Source: Chlorokybus atmophyticus (Eukaryota; Plantae; Mesostigma and Chlorokybus algae). Taken from it: a stretch of DNA of 64,000 nucleotides. A program made the translations under genes and the position numbers. The stretch covers positions 339,397-403,396 of the forward strand of contig RHPI01002368.1 in assembly GCA_009103225.1 (NCBI GenBank). Reading direction: 5' to 3'. Below are positions 48,854 through 62,434 of this stretch, piece after piece (positions within the stretch are counted from its first letter, which is position 1; each line of letters starts with the position of its first letter). Under the pieces are notes generated by a model, which saw only the letters and a list, made by a program, of their open reading frames with translations, was not told the DNA's origin and made no database searches.

Positions 48854-49604
48854 TTGTATGTTGTTGATGTACATAGCTAGGTAACAATACAATTGATTGC
48901 CTTTATTGGCGTACGATTAGTCATGTAGTGTCCACCTTTAGGTATACAGCCATCATAATGGCACGGTATCCAGTGCTTTCATGTTGTGGGTGTTGCTGTC
49001 GATTGCCTTCGTTCAGGTATGTATGCCTCGTTTGCACTGCTGGCTGCATTGCGTCCCTTGCCCTGAATGCCTCCCTACAGAACTGATACCATGATGTTAG
49101 TAGGTTGTACATGTGCATGATCTGTCCTCACTGTCACACTACTCCCCAGGCTCACCCATGACACATACCAACACCTCCTCGCATTGCATCCTCTTTATAG
49201 GAAATTGGCATGTAGTAATGTACCTATCCATGTGACAGGTAGTACCAGACAGCCATTAAAATATACGTATTTTGGCCATAAGCGTGCCTGCTCGTAACAC
49301 CAACAACTGCATGACATGTCGCATCTCATGAGGCGCCATGATTGTCATGTGCAATATCAGCTTGAAATGAGTAACTTTTTACATGAAGGCGCGAGTCCAG
49401 TGTCATGCACTCCATACCAGAGCCTCCTGTTCTCCAACCACCCTTATTGGTTTCCACCATGTTTGCAACTGCCACACACTATGCAGCAACAAAGCAGGCA
49501 CTACCCAGTAATGTCAACTATGCAACGACGACGGCTAGGGTATGCTTTACAAAACTGGTTTGTTCTAGATGCAACAACTATTTTACAAAACCGTCTGTGT
49601 ATCA

Positions 49605-52117
49605 CTACGAAGAATTCTGCGACTGAGACTGCGGCGCAATTTGCCCGACTCGAAAGGAGTTAACAATATCTGAAAATACTCCACTCTGCTGCTCCCAACG
49701 CTGCTCCGGAGCCTGTAGTTTATTTACACAAAATTTCAATAAACAACTAACATTACAAATCAACATGCAACATACATACAGATCAACATGTGCAAACAAT
49801 CGATCGCACGGCAAAACAACACTTCAGAAACATTGATGCGATCATGTCTGTAAACAACAGCTACCAACATCCCAGAAGTCAAACTCACCATAACATTCAG
49901 AGTGTATAACCGGCCGTCCTGAATCACGTACACTGACGCATTATGCCTATGCCACGTATCTGTCTGAACCTGGAAAACACATGTATGGTTGAGCACAACA
50001 TGACAACATGAACACACGCATGCGTGCATCACATACCGTGTACTCCATGGAATAGTATATCTCTCCGCTCGGGCCCTTGCGTTGGCTGGCAGCCAGAAGA
50101 GCCGCCTGCTTGCCGCTGCCCGGCTTTGCAATTGTTCCGCGCAATATACGCCTTGCCACGCTCACGGGACTACCCAAACCCGCTAAACTCAAACCTGATC
50201 GTCAGAGAGGAATAAGTCCCTCATTGCTTGAACCAGAGAATGCTTTGAGTACATCATGCTGCAGTAGGCGTTGCAAGCATAAGGTAATTGGTAACTGCGC
50301 TATTCAGCGCAAGCTGGATGTGCGCACGGATACATTGACATCTATGGCAACATATGCATCAAGCGCAGTACAGCAGCGAATCATATGAAGCTTACAACAG
50401 TGTGTGCGTCAGGTTTGTTTCACTCTTGACAGTAAAAGTAGACAACAGACTTAACCAACTCGCAAACTGGTCCAATGCAGTTGGCCAATTTAACATCAAC
50501 CAACTTGATGTCCAACTGGCCAACTGCAATGGACCAGTTTGCGAGTTATAAGGCAGTTGAGAGTGACCCAACAATAGCTTTGAGTGCAAAACATAGTAAC
50601 GCTTGCCTGGAGGGGAGGGTGCCACAACAATAGAGACATTCTCCTCGCCCGTGCCACCAGCGGGACCAAACGCAACAGTTGGCTCAGGAAAGTCCCGCAG
50701 TGGCCTATATACCATACTCATCAAGGCTAAGCTTCACAACACATGAATGACTAGATAAGATCACATCCGCATGAAAGATTGGCTGAGGATTGACTCACCT
50801 TGCTGCTGCTTTGGCTATTGGTGGAGGATCAATTGGTCGCTGAGATTCAGACTTCTCTACTGACCTCACAAGCAAAGTCTGTACATACAAGGGTCAGAAA
50901 CTAAGCGTGTCTGCTGCATGCATGCACACAGACATAGAGAAACAAATACTGAGACTGTCTGCATGCATGCATGCATTGCATATATGTCTTACCACATGCG
51001 TGCAGCAACAATAAGATGACGGACCTTGCACACACACACACACAATCTCAGACTATCAATCCATGCATGTTTGGTGGCCTTGCCTGGTCTTCTAGCCACG
51101 GGGAAGGGTAGAGAAACTCAAAGCCCCTTGACAGATCCACAAAACGCTTGAGGCCTTTAACAGGGTACAGCACGTCTGCGCGGATCTGCACAGGGGCGAA
51201 ACCTTATTGGTCAGAGGGAATAGACATGCTGGTCAATCCCAGCACATGTGACAACACAAGTCCTTGTGTGATGAATGTAACAACACGTGCGCAGATGTAC
51301 ATGTGCAGTACACATACACCCTTGTACACAAGCGCGCATGTGCAAGAGATACTAACCACATTCACTGTACGGCACACGCACGTATCAACGTGTGCGTACA
51401 TGCTCATGCACATTGGCTTGGGCATGTACGCACGCGCATGCATGCACCACTGTACGCATGCGCGTACGACTATGCAAAGGAGTATATGCATGAATTCCAA
51501 ACAAGTGCCACACTTGTGAATGTTCGGAAGTGTACTTGCATGTGCGCGAATACGCATGCATGTGTGAATGTGCAATGCATTTGTGAATGCAGTGCCTGTG
51601 TAGCATCGCACACCTGCCTGGCAAAGTCGGGTGTGCTGCTAAGCAGTGCCGAGGTGACCCCGCCTAGATTGCCGCCCAGCGTGGCGGCGGCGGCAAGTCC
51701 CAACGCCGCCGTCCGCCTGCTGAAAAAGGCGGAGGATCCCCCTGAGCCTGATGAGCCTGATGCCGAGGCGGAGGCCGAGGCGGAGGCGGAGGTGTCATCA
51801 GCAGTTCTTGCCATGAAGTCGTCAGCCTTGCTCTCCACACCCTGATCAGCAACCATCATGCCCTGAACCTCAGCGTCAGCCTGGGCGATGTCCATCTGAG
51901 CCTTCAGATCCACCTGCCTCTCCTCCCTGTCCTCATTCCCCTCCTTCCCCTCCTTCCCGCCGCCTGCTCCTCCTCCTGATGCCCGTACTGACTGCGAGCG
52001 TCGCCTCGGTTGGCGACCAGCAGCAGGAGCGCCTATTCTCAGCACACTCACTCCCGCTGCCAACCCCGAGGACGACAACGCCGCCGTCCCCGCCGCTGCC
52101 GCCGCCATTGCCGCCAT
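49605..52117 (-). CDS. PsbP-domain thylakoid lumen protein (PPD family, probably PPD7-like) with transit peptide
   Basis: Ala/Ser/Arg-rich N-terminus with RRTAALGLAA; DVLYPVKGLKRFVDLSRGFEFLYPSPWLEDQ/TLLVRS; EPTVAFGPAGGTGEENVSIVVAP; YYSMEYTV; GRLYTLNVQAPEQRW; stop at 49605-49607. Subfamily assigned from memory. Confidence 0.88.
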
Positions 52118-52331
52118 TGCCGCTGACGTGGAGGCAATTAGGGTTGACGTTTTGTTGACATCTTCACTGGTTGTTGCCCAACATTATGTTTATGGCACAA
52201 CAAGCGAGGAACAGGTAAGGGTTTTCAATGCATTCCAGGACAGGTCTGTGCATGTTGGCGGCATAGGCGGCATTGGCGGCGACGGCGGCTGCGGCGGTGG
52301 GGGTGCTAGCGGGAGCGTGCGGGTAGTTGTT

Positions 52332-54162
52332 ATGGTCCAGGGTGTTGTTCCAGGCGAGGGTTGGGCTCTTGCTGAGAACAAGCGTAGGCGTAAGCCTCCC
52401 AAGGGGCGTGCTTCGTTGGTGAGGACTGAGGAGCAGGAGGCGGCGGAGCTGCTTAGCCGGATCAGGCGGACGGCTGGGCAGGTGGAGGCTGCCCCCATCT
52501 ACGCCAGCGTCACCGCCGCTCTCGAGAACGATGTCGTCGTCCGTGCTGGACAGGGCGGAGTCGACCTCGTGCTGTATGGGGTCGGACCTGTCGCTACAGC
52601 CCCACGATCAAGATGCCAGCTGGCGCTGGCATTGCTGCTGAAGGAACGACTAGGAGGCGTAGCATATATATATGACCCCGTTCTTGAACCTGTTGAGCTT
52701 CAGGTGTGCATGCATTATGACCTCTATGTTCCGCCTGCATGGCTGCTTGCTGTTGACTACTGCATGGTAATGCCAGCACCTTCACGACAGCAACAATGTC
52801 AGGATGGTGTTGTCACTGCATACATCAGTTGTGTTCACCATCAACAATGAGTTGTTGCTCTCATGATGGTGTACACATCTGATGTATGCAGTAACAACAG
52901 CATCACGTCAGCAATGTCTCGAGAGGGACAAAGAATAGTCAATGTTGATAGTGTATATAATGTATATACTTGAGTGCATGCAGCAACAACACCATAATCA
53001 CAGCAACAATGACGCTGTTGCTGTCGTGATGGCGTAGTTGGTGCACTTATGGGTTGCTAAACAGTACAGCACTGCAACAGTGTCACTCTTGTGTGTTTCG
53101 TATTGGTAGCGCATTCATGAGTTATACACACCACTAGCCATTGCCATTACCAGTAGCGTTGCTGGCAGGTGGCCCCCCGTCCAGCAGTAGTGCTGTTGTC
53201 GCTACGTGTTAGCTCTTCGGATACCGCTCAGCCACCAGAATATTACTTCTTGTTAGAGATAGGGTTGTGACTGAGCGTTATGCTGGTCGTAATGTTGACC
53301 TTGGCGCTTGGTACAGTTGCAGACCGAGCTGACGATGCTCGTCATCTAGCGTGCCAGCCGCAGCAACACTGGCAAAAACAGTGTGAGCAGGCGTGCAAAT
53401 TGCACTGCTGATATGACTCGATGCATGCTCTTTAGTACTCGCTCAATGCCAGTTGCATGCCATGACACAAATTCTATTCAAATTAATCACATGCAGGTGG
53501 CTGAAGAGTTGGGATTCACGCTGATTCAAGAAGACGAGTCGTGTGGTCGTGCAGTGGACAGGCCCACATTGTTCTACATGCCACACTGCGAGGCGCACTT
53601 GTATGACAACCTCCTGAGAGCAAATTGGACTGCTCTTGAGCGCCTTATCGTGCTTGGCAACTCCTTCAACCACTATCATGAAAGGTGACCGTAGTTATTA
53701 TTGCAACGTACTGTCAGTGTGTTTGCTATAAGGCTTATGAAAGGTTCACAGAAGGGTTGCTCAGAGTCCATTGGTTGTGAAGGTTGAGGAATGGTTACAG
53801 TAAAGACAGTAGTTGTAAGGCTGATACTCTGGTATCCTTTGACATGATATACTGAGCCCCTTCATTGAACCAACATTATTCTATGGCAGATGGGATGCGG
53901 GTTTCATATCCTCTAAGCGGCATTACCGCCCCGACTCAGTTTTGGACATTTGGCCGCGCACGCTGGAAGTAGCCATTGACGCTGGCAACTTTGAGGTGAC
54001 TGGCGCCTTCAATGATATGAGGTACCAATTGTTGTTACTTATGAGAACCATCTGGGCTTGCCACATAGCACACAATTATGCTGAATTAATTCTGCCTTGC
54101 TGTGTAGTTTACACACTTTCCAGCCGGAGGTTAAGGTGCCCGTTGCAAACGTTGCAGCTTAA
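52332..54162 (+). CDS. SRR1: SRR1-domain protein (sensitivity to red light reduced 1-like)
   Basis: LVLYGVGP...RCQLALALLL...YDPVL, then PTLFYMPHCEAHLYDNLLRANW...LIVLGNSFNHY and AFNDMSLHTF; stop TAA at 54160-54162. Confidence 0.9.
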
Positions 54163-54831
54163 AGACATTGGCTGCTGCATATTCCATATTGGGGTGTGCA
54201 GAATCGACATTAAATCGACGAGACAACAATTGCTCCATTCATTGCTGTATCATCACCTGCAATTGCGGACATTCATGTTGAATTGTGTAGTTATGTACTA
54301 GTTTGGTCCAATATGTGTTGCTTGCTCTGCTGTTGGCAGCGATAAGCCATTCCTATAATTGAACGGAATGCATCAGGACTGGGCAATTGCATAGAGAACC
54401 TCACCACATCGACTGCCACATGATTGCGCTGGTGAGCCCAAGTGGTGTTCTTGGCAATTTGGCAAGCGTAACTGCAGTTGTCATCATCGTGTACCATTTC
54501 ACCTTCAGTCGTGCCTCCCACTTGCAATGGTTAAAAAGTTAGTAGTACGCTGATATGCTGTGGGCTGTGTGCAATGTGTGCAGTCAGGGCGAAGACAATC
54601 GCAGCAGACACACCCAAACATATTGATTCAAGTGGTAGTGACATGAAAGACCGACCTAAAAGTGAGTTCAAACCCCACAACCCTGGTGCTAATCAGAGTC
54701 ATACACGAGCAAGTGCATCATAATCATGATAGGCACGAGAAACAGTTGCAATTACAGCTCGATACCAATGGTTTCGCTCACACATTACAAGTAGTCAATC
54801 GGAAAGGGGGCTACACAACACTTATAATATT

Positions 54832-57078
54832 CTATAGCCGAGCAGGACTATTAGGTGCCGCCCCATCCGCTGCATTGCTCATCTCAACTCCCTCCATTGG
54901 AGAGATGGAGTTTGCTGCATCAGAGTCAGGATTTGGGCTAGGCGTTGGACTAGGGTTAGGGCTAATGATGGGTTCGGTTGCGACGGATAGCGCAGCATTA
55001 CTTTGTTGCGGAAGTGGTGGGCTTGGTCCGTCTTGTTGTGGACTCACAGTGACATCTGCCAAGTCGGTGCAGTACGGTGCGCTCGCGAGCGTCGTGACAA
55101 ACAGCAGCTTCTCCAGTGCTAGTGTGAACTTGTCGAGCGTGCGGTAGGTCTCCTTGGGAGCAAGCAACACCTGCCAAGACAATCCAAGTTGCTGGACACG
55201 CCTGCGCGCTGGGCTGGACTGTGCATGCGTGTGTGCGAGTGTCTTAAAGAATGCCCGTGCAAGTGGTGGGTAAGTAGCTGTGCATGCATGTGTACATTGC
55301 GTGTGTGACTGTGTGCGCGCGTGTACATCCAGGGCAGTCTATTGCAGGAAGGGTGAAGACCAACTCCTTCGTCACATGCACAGCATCAACACGTACCTCG
55401 CACAATCTTTGTATGGTAAATGGCGCCTGGACCTGAAAAGAGTCGAGTGCTGCAGACACATATATAAGCGCCTGTCTTCCCACAAGCCAACATCTAAACC
55501 GGTGCTCTATGCAACAAGCCTTCGACAACAACTCTTTGAACCTCCCACTCATACGGCGTGTGTACCTGCACTGAGTTGCGCGTGCGCGTTGGCGTGCGGC
55601 CTCGGCGGCCCAACCTCAACTTGCTCCCCAGCCAAATACTCTGAGATAGCCTGTGAGGGGTTAAAAACAAACTTTGGTCGGCCACACTGTTGTCACACAC
55701 GCCAACCATTGTACGCACTTGCATAGACTACGCCAGTGCAGGCATCAACAAAACGCATGCAGACATGGCTGAAATGGCAATGCGCTTCTGCATGCAGGCA
55801 TGCCTGCATACAGGCATGGCTGCATGCAACAGCACATACGCACATATGCAGCTTCCTGCTTCAACCATACCGTATGCATTGAATGCAATGCAGCCATGCA
55901 TGCACGCACTGTGATGGTAATGCAGGGCTCCATGCAATGCTGTAGAAACCAGCTTGCCAGCATATAGCACCGGACTGCACTATAATTACAACCATTGCAT
56001 GCATGCATGCGTGCACACACTCGTGCGCGCATGCGATTGTGCAGTGCAGTATATGCAACAGATACTCAGCTATTGCTAACGTTTGACAGCATAGTAGCTG
56101 CGCTGCATGGCTGCATGCAAGAGTACTCAATCCTCGATGCAAGTGCATGCAGACTGCATGATTAAACAGAGTGGCACAGTGCGCATGGAAGCTGAATGTT
56201 ATGTGTGCATGCCACTGTGAAACAGCGCAACAAGTACACATACTCACCTGCTCCAATCGCAGCAGCAACAGTGCTCTGAACGCTGCCCAGTCGTGCCTGC
56301 AAAAGCAACAAACAACAGAACAAACTGAAGATACATACATGTACCTATCAAATTGCAACAGAAAAAGAGCTCAACAAGAGGTTCACTTGACTTGTCAATG
56401 CATGACAGCTTGAATGGCTCAACTAGGGAGCACTTGCTGTGACTCAGAGAGTTGTGCATGCATGCATGCATGCACACTGGCAGAGAGATGTCTTGTTTGC
56501 ATGGAGGGCACTGGCAGAGACGAATCACCACAATGCACTAGTACATTGGCTATGTACACAATCGACTAGTGCATTGTGGTGATTCATCTCTGCCAATCAC
56601 CACAATGCTGATTGGCAGAGACGAATGCTATGGATTCACATGTGTAATGCTTGTAATGCTGCTACACCAACAAAAGTCACAGCATGCAATGCTGATTCTC
56701 AACCACTGACAAAAACATGTTGCAAATAGTATGTACCACAAGCAGCCGGTTTTGGCAGTGACCTGGACGACTTCGCGTAGCTCAGCGCTGAAAGCTCTGT
56801 CTTCCGGCGACAGCCTGCCAACCAACATGCAAGAGCAATATGTCAATGACATGAAGGACCAAAAGGACGAGGAGGAGGAGGAGGAGGAGAAGGAGCAGGA
56901 GCAGGAGTTAGCATTAGGGTTTATGTTGATGTTCTGCATTCAGCTCTTGCCTTGTGAAGGCAGCCAAGGCCCGTTCTCCCCTTACGCCCAGCGACTCCTC
57001 CTGCACCTGCTCCTGTTGCTCCTCCTTCTCCTCCTCTCCCTGCTCCGCCTCCTCCACAGCCGTGTCCTCGACCGTCAT
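54832..57078 (-). CDS. PPP4R2: Protein phosphatase 4 regulatory subunit 2-like
   Basis: LREVVQVTAKTGCLW/HDWAAFRALLLLRLEQV, APFTIQRLCE/VLLAPKETYRTLDKFTLALEKLLFVT, with an acidic N-terminus and a Pro/Ser-rich tail; stop at 54832-54834. Confidence 0.88.
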
Positions 57079-57443
57079 AGCCCGCACCGCCGCCGCCCGC
57101 CACAGCAACCCGAACCCAGCAATAACCTATTCACATCCACAGACCCAAGTGCAAACTTTAGTCCCAAACCAAGCCTAGAACATTGGTTTCACTGAACCCT
57201 ACTGATTGTTTTAGCAGGATCACAGAATGCATGAACAGGATCACACAGTATTATTGAACCGGGTCCTGGGACCCATACTCCAAAGGGACCCAATAATTAG
57301 TTGGGACCCACCCTAACAAGCTTTGACAGTTACTAAGCAGCTTTTCGTCAACAGCCGCGGCGTTGTTGTGGTTGTTGCTGGCGGCGTGCTTGTCCTCTTT
57401 GTCCTCGCGTTTGAGCTTCAGGTTCGTGTATCTCACTGTCAGC

Positions 57444-58454
57444 ATGGCCGCCCGCAAGGTTCTTGCCGCGCTCGTCCTCGCCGCGGTGGTCTCTTGCGCC
57501 GCCGCCTCGGTCGTGGACCTCACCGACGACACCTTTAACGACGCGGTGAGCACCTTGCCCACCTTGTGCTTGTCGTCGTCGTCGTCATCGTCATCGTCAT
57601 CCTTCTCATGCTTTGTCCGTTCCCTGCGCAGGTCGCTGACGGCAAGGCCTACTTCATCAAGTTCTTCGCGCCGTGGTGCGGCCACTGGTAAGCATGCTCA
57701 TGCACGTGCTTGTCAAGCGTGTTGTCAAGCTTGTTGGCATGGTCGTCATGGTTGGGCATGTGGCTGAGGTTGTTGTGTGTGTTTGCAGTAAGAGGTTGGC
57801 GCCTACGTGGGAAGAGCTCGGTGAGGCGCTTGACGGCGAGGAGGGTTTGGAGATCGCTAAGGTCGACTGTACCACGAGCAGGAAGACCTGCGAAACAGCT
57901 CAGGTGTGTTATGTGTGGTTGCAGCTATTGCTTCACTGCTCTAAGCAGGTTGTTTTCTTGGTTGCAAATGACAAGGTCGGCAAGTCTTTACATGTACATG
58001 CAAGAATCCCATGTCTGTTCGAAATTCCGAGTACGCATCAATTGCACATGCATTCTTCAAATGTGGACACGTATGCGTTTATTTCTCCCTGCATGGTGTC
58101 CAGATTGTGTCAGGCAAAATTGCCTCTTCTTAGATCATAAAGCTGTGTGCTCTATGTTGTTGTTTCACTCCAACTGAGCGCCCAGCTACACAAAATATAA
58201 CAGATTTGTAGTAACAGCACACAACAATCGGTAGTAACAAGCAGTTGTCAATGCACTAACCTTTTGGTTGACACCCTTGTTCAACAACAACCATCTGTCT
58301 CTCCTCTCTCTCCCAGATCCGCGGCTACCCCACCCTGAAGGCCTACTACAACGGCGAGGAGTACAAGAAGTACCAGGGCCAGCGGGACGTCAACTCGCTC
58401 AAGGAGTTTGCGCTCGGGGTTGCTGGAGAGACCGCGCAGGAAACAGTGGAGTAA
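57444..58454 (+). CDS. Single-thioredoxin-domain protein disulfide isomerase (PDIL5-1-like), secretory, no KDEL/HDEL
   Basis: Signal peptide [58 protein letters not shown]; ends ETVE* at 58452-58454. Confidence 0.92.
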
Positions 58455-59149
58455 AAAGGCTTTAAAACAGTTAATGTGTACAATTGATGTGTACAAACTC
58501 TCCTACAGGCAGATAAAATTGGTATAGTCAAGACTATTGCAATACTTCACGTCTGTGTGATTATTGATAAGAGGTGCCTATGTGGGTTTGTTGTGTTGCA
58601 GTGTTATGTTGGGTTTACCTCGCTGGGACGCTTAGACCCATATGTTCACAGTGTTTGCTCATGGGTCGCTGCGGTAAATGGGTCCAGCGCGTGTCTTTTA
58701 TTATGGTGCAAACATATAAACTATTGTGTAATGCAGTCACTGGCAGGCAGCAAGATCCAAAGAATTAGAGAGGTCCCTTTCCAGCAAGTTTGTTATGTTA
58801 TCACATAACACATTGACACCTGTAAATTACAGTAGGCAATTGTCTCTCTCATGCACTGATTTGCGGTTTGGTTATGCTGTGCAATACAGCTGCTGCCATA
58901 CTCCATGTGCATGCCTAATCGCGTAATTCATTTGATTCGCTGTCACTATTCATGACCTAATACTTAGGTCACTCAGGACACATGCGCGGCGACATGCCAC
59001 ATTTCAGCAGTCATCACCAGCCACGTAACTTAGTCAACCTGACACTTCAATCAATCAAAACTGAGACGACAGAATGTGGTGCTTAACTAGCTTAGCCCTC
59101 CAACTCATCAACTTTGTTCTTGTGCATTCTACAGCATATCGTGCCACGT

Positions 59150-60036
59150 CTACCCTCTGCTCACATAAGAGCCGTCGCGCGTGTCGATAATGAGCTTGTC
59201 GCCGATATTCACAAAAAGAGGCACGGTCACCGTCGCACCCGTCTCGACCTTCGCCGGCTTTGACCCTGCATAAGAACTCAGAGTTGGTCAGCAGTGATTG
59301 ACTCAAAGAGTAGTTCACACAGACTGGTTCAGTGATTCAGACGTTGCTTTTCAGTTTCAGAATTGAATCAATGAAACCAAAGCAACCAGTCAACCGACGA
59401 GCTAGTGATTGCAAGCACCGACCCAGACGTGCGTAAAAAGATCAACGATTCAACCAACCAACCAACCAAATACCCACTCAACCAACCAACCAACCAACCA
59501 ATCGTACGACTGATAACAGAGGACATGCACCAGTCTCACCGACACCCAATCACCTACCCACCCACTCACGCACGCACTCACTCACTCACCTACTCCCCCA
59601 CCCACCCACCTACCCACCCACCCACCCAACAAATGAAATGAGTCCATTCAAAGCCTCACCTCCTGCAGCAGTATCGCCCTTGAGTCCCGGGTCGGTGTCC
59701 GTGACAAGGAGCGTCACCTTGTCGGGCAACTCTATACCAATCACTTGCTCGCCCCACTTCACAATCTCAACATTCATCTCCTGAAAAGATAAACGAATGA
59801 ATGAATCAGAGAGTTGATTCACACAAGCTGCTCATGTGGTGTTGTGTGATGTTGTGGGTGGATGCGGGTGCATGTGTATATGCGAGTGGTTGTGAGTGAC
59901 AGTGAGCGTGCCTATGAACAACACGGATGCGTGCGCATGTCTGCGTGAGTGCGGGCATTCAAGCATGCAGGTGAGTGTGTATGCGCCTGCTCGCGCATGC
60001 GTGCGTACATGTGCACATGCGTGTGCGTACATGTGT

Positions 60037-60108
<72 letters not shown>

Positions 60109-61793
60109 CTGCGTATATGTGTACGCACGCGCAAACATGCATGCGTGCATACACGCATGCATGTATCATTGCGTGTACGTGCAGCCATATACACACTTGC
60201 ATGCACATGCGCATGTACAAGTCCACATCCACATCCACACACACAAACACATGCGCACACATGTGCACGTACATACGCGTGTGTAGCACTGCATACACAC
60301 ATACTCACCGGCAGCAGCCACTTGGACTTGTCACCCACGACCCTCGCGCTCATCCTCTCCTCCTCGTACGTCGCCACGTCCATGAACACGAAGTCGTCGC
60401 CGTCCATGTACGTGTGCTGCTTGATGGAGCGCTCGAGGATAGCCTGCTCGACCTGTTGGAGTGTGTGTGTGTGCGTGTGTGTACGTGTGTGGATGTGTGT
60501 GTGCGCATGCGCATGCATATATGTGTGATGCACATGTCGAGTATGTGTACACATGCATGTATGTGTGCACATGCCTGTCTGTATACGTGCACGTGTGCTC
60601 ATGTGCGATTTCGCTCACAAGCGCACAACGCTTACCCATCTCCACTCCAACATAAACCATACATGACATGATGCCATACACACATACACACATCCACATA
60701 TCCTCTCACCTTCTCTCCCGCGCGGAACGTCTTGTCGAGGTTGCTCCCGGTAATGCAGTTCTTGAGTGTTGTGCGCACAAAAGCAGAACCCTTGCCGGGC
60801 TTCACGTGAAGAAACTCTGTTTGTGATTCACACAAGTTGTGTCACACATTGCGCGTACACATACACATACACATGCACATGCACATACACATACACATGA
60901 ACACATGCAGGTGCACGTGTGCGCGTAGAAGTACACACACACACGCACAAACTCTCGCACATGCACACATGCACACATGCACACATCTACACTTCGCGTA
61001 AAGAGACTGACATTCAAATAACAATCAGCGCATAACAAACTTCAAAGCAACATAAACTCTGAAACCAATGTGATGAAAACATGTAAATGGCCTTACCAAG
61101 TACTTTCCATGGCGCTCCGTCCATCTCAATAGCCATTCCATTCTTCAAATCGTTTGTACTCAAAGCAACAACCCTCACTGCAGAATGCATAAGTACATGA
61201 ATTTAAAAATGAATATTAATGTGGTACCAATGCAAGCAGTGAGTCTCAGTAAAGTATACCGCAATGAAAATGGCAAAATGTTTACGAATACAACAATTGA
61301 CATTGAGCATTCATATACTTCATACGTGTGCGGGAGTATGCGAGCGGTCTTTGGAGTGGTCTTTTGGATTTGAGCTGCAATGAAGAAGCTCCAAATGCCC
61401 TACACCTGTTTATGTGAAGAGACGAAATAAGACACCTTCGCAAAGCTCAAAGAAACGAAAAGATATTCTTTAAACGAAGCCTTGGCTTGATGGCATTGCA
61501 CGGCACTACATGTAAGCATACTGAGCACTGCATTACTGTTCTCATGCAATGCTTTCATGCAATCTGGTAGTGTGACGCATGTTTGAGGTCTTATGCAACC
61601 TGAGTGAGAGTGTGGCGTGTGTGCTGATGCTGGTGATAGTAGTGCACTGGCGCCTGGCCTGATCAGGCTAGACCAGGCCAGGCCAAGCCAGACTAACCCA
61701 GGCGGCGGCAGCGCTTGCAGGAAAGGCACAGCTCAGCACTGACCTGGCGAGCTCTGCGGCGACACCTCCGGACACGCCAACCGCAGCCTTCAT
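59150..61793 (-). CDS. efp: Organellar (probably plastid) translation elongation factor P
   Basis: [42 protein letters not shown]...[13 protein letters not shown]...[11 protein letters not shown]...[50 protein letters not shown] (stop 59150-59152). The transit-peptide exons and the ATG at 61793 are tentative. Confidence 0.92.
59825..60310. repeat. Intronic alternating purine-pyrimidine tract with (TG)n and (TA)n
   Basis: TG, CA and TA dinucleotide runs within an EF-P intron. Confidence 0.9.
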
Positions 61794-62434
61794 CGCCGCC
61801 GCTGCCGCCACCAACTACCACACGAACCACACCCACTCCAATGCCGCCGCCGCCGCCGCCGCCGCTACCGCAAACAAGAATAATTCTGGACATTCGCAGA
61901 AAGCATCTGCATGAATATTGACATGGCGTAACGCATGAAACACAAGCAGTCTTAAGACCTTTCGTGCAGCGGCGGAGGCCGCAAATTGCAGTAAAGAAAG
62001 CATTCATGAGAAGTCATGACGTGGCTCGCTTCAAGTCAAGAGCATGGCTGTTAACGTAACCACGATCAAGGCCAAACAGTAAGCGTTGGCTATTATAGTT
62101 AACCAAGAAGGACAAAACGCTATACGCCGACAGTTGACGACTAACGCAAGGCGACACCGCTAACTGTCGATTGTCGGCGTGCCTGTCACGTGCGAAACGG
62201 ACTCATGACGAGTTTGCAACACGTTTGCGGAATTACTGGTGGCAGGGAAAGGGTCCTAATTGAGGCTCAAACGAGCGATGTGTCATGAGTGTGGGTTGGT
62301 TAGTTTGGTGTGGCCTGCCAGCTGGCGGCAGCGGCGGCGGCGTCGCGTGGCGGTGCATGTCGCTGCCCCTGATGATCTTGAGGATCGCCTGAGAGCTGGA
62401 CACGTCGTCTTTAGCGTTGCACATTGCTAGCCGC

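Noticed and set aside
59832-60671. Long His/Thr/Cys/Val-rich ORFs (also 63637-64000 and 47576-47999)
   Set aside because: Artefacts of CA/TG microsatellite tracts in introns.
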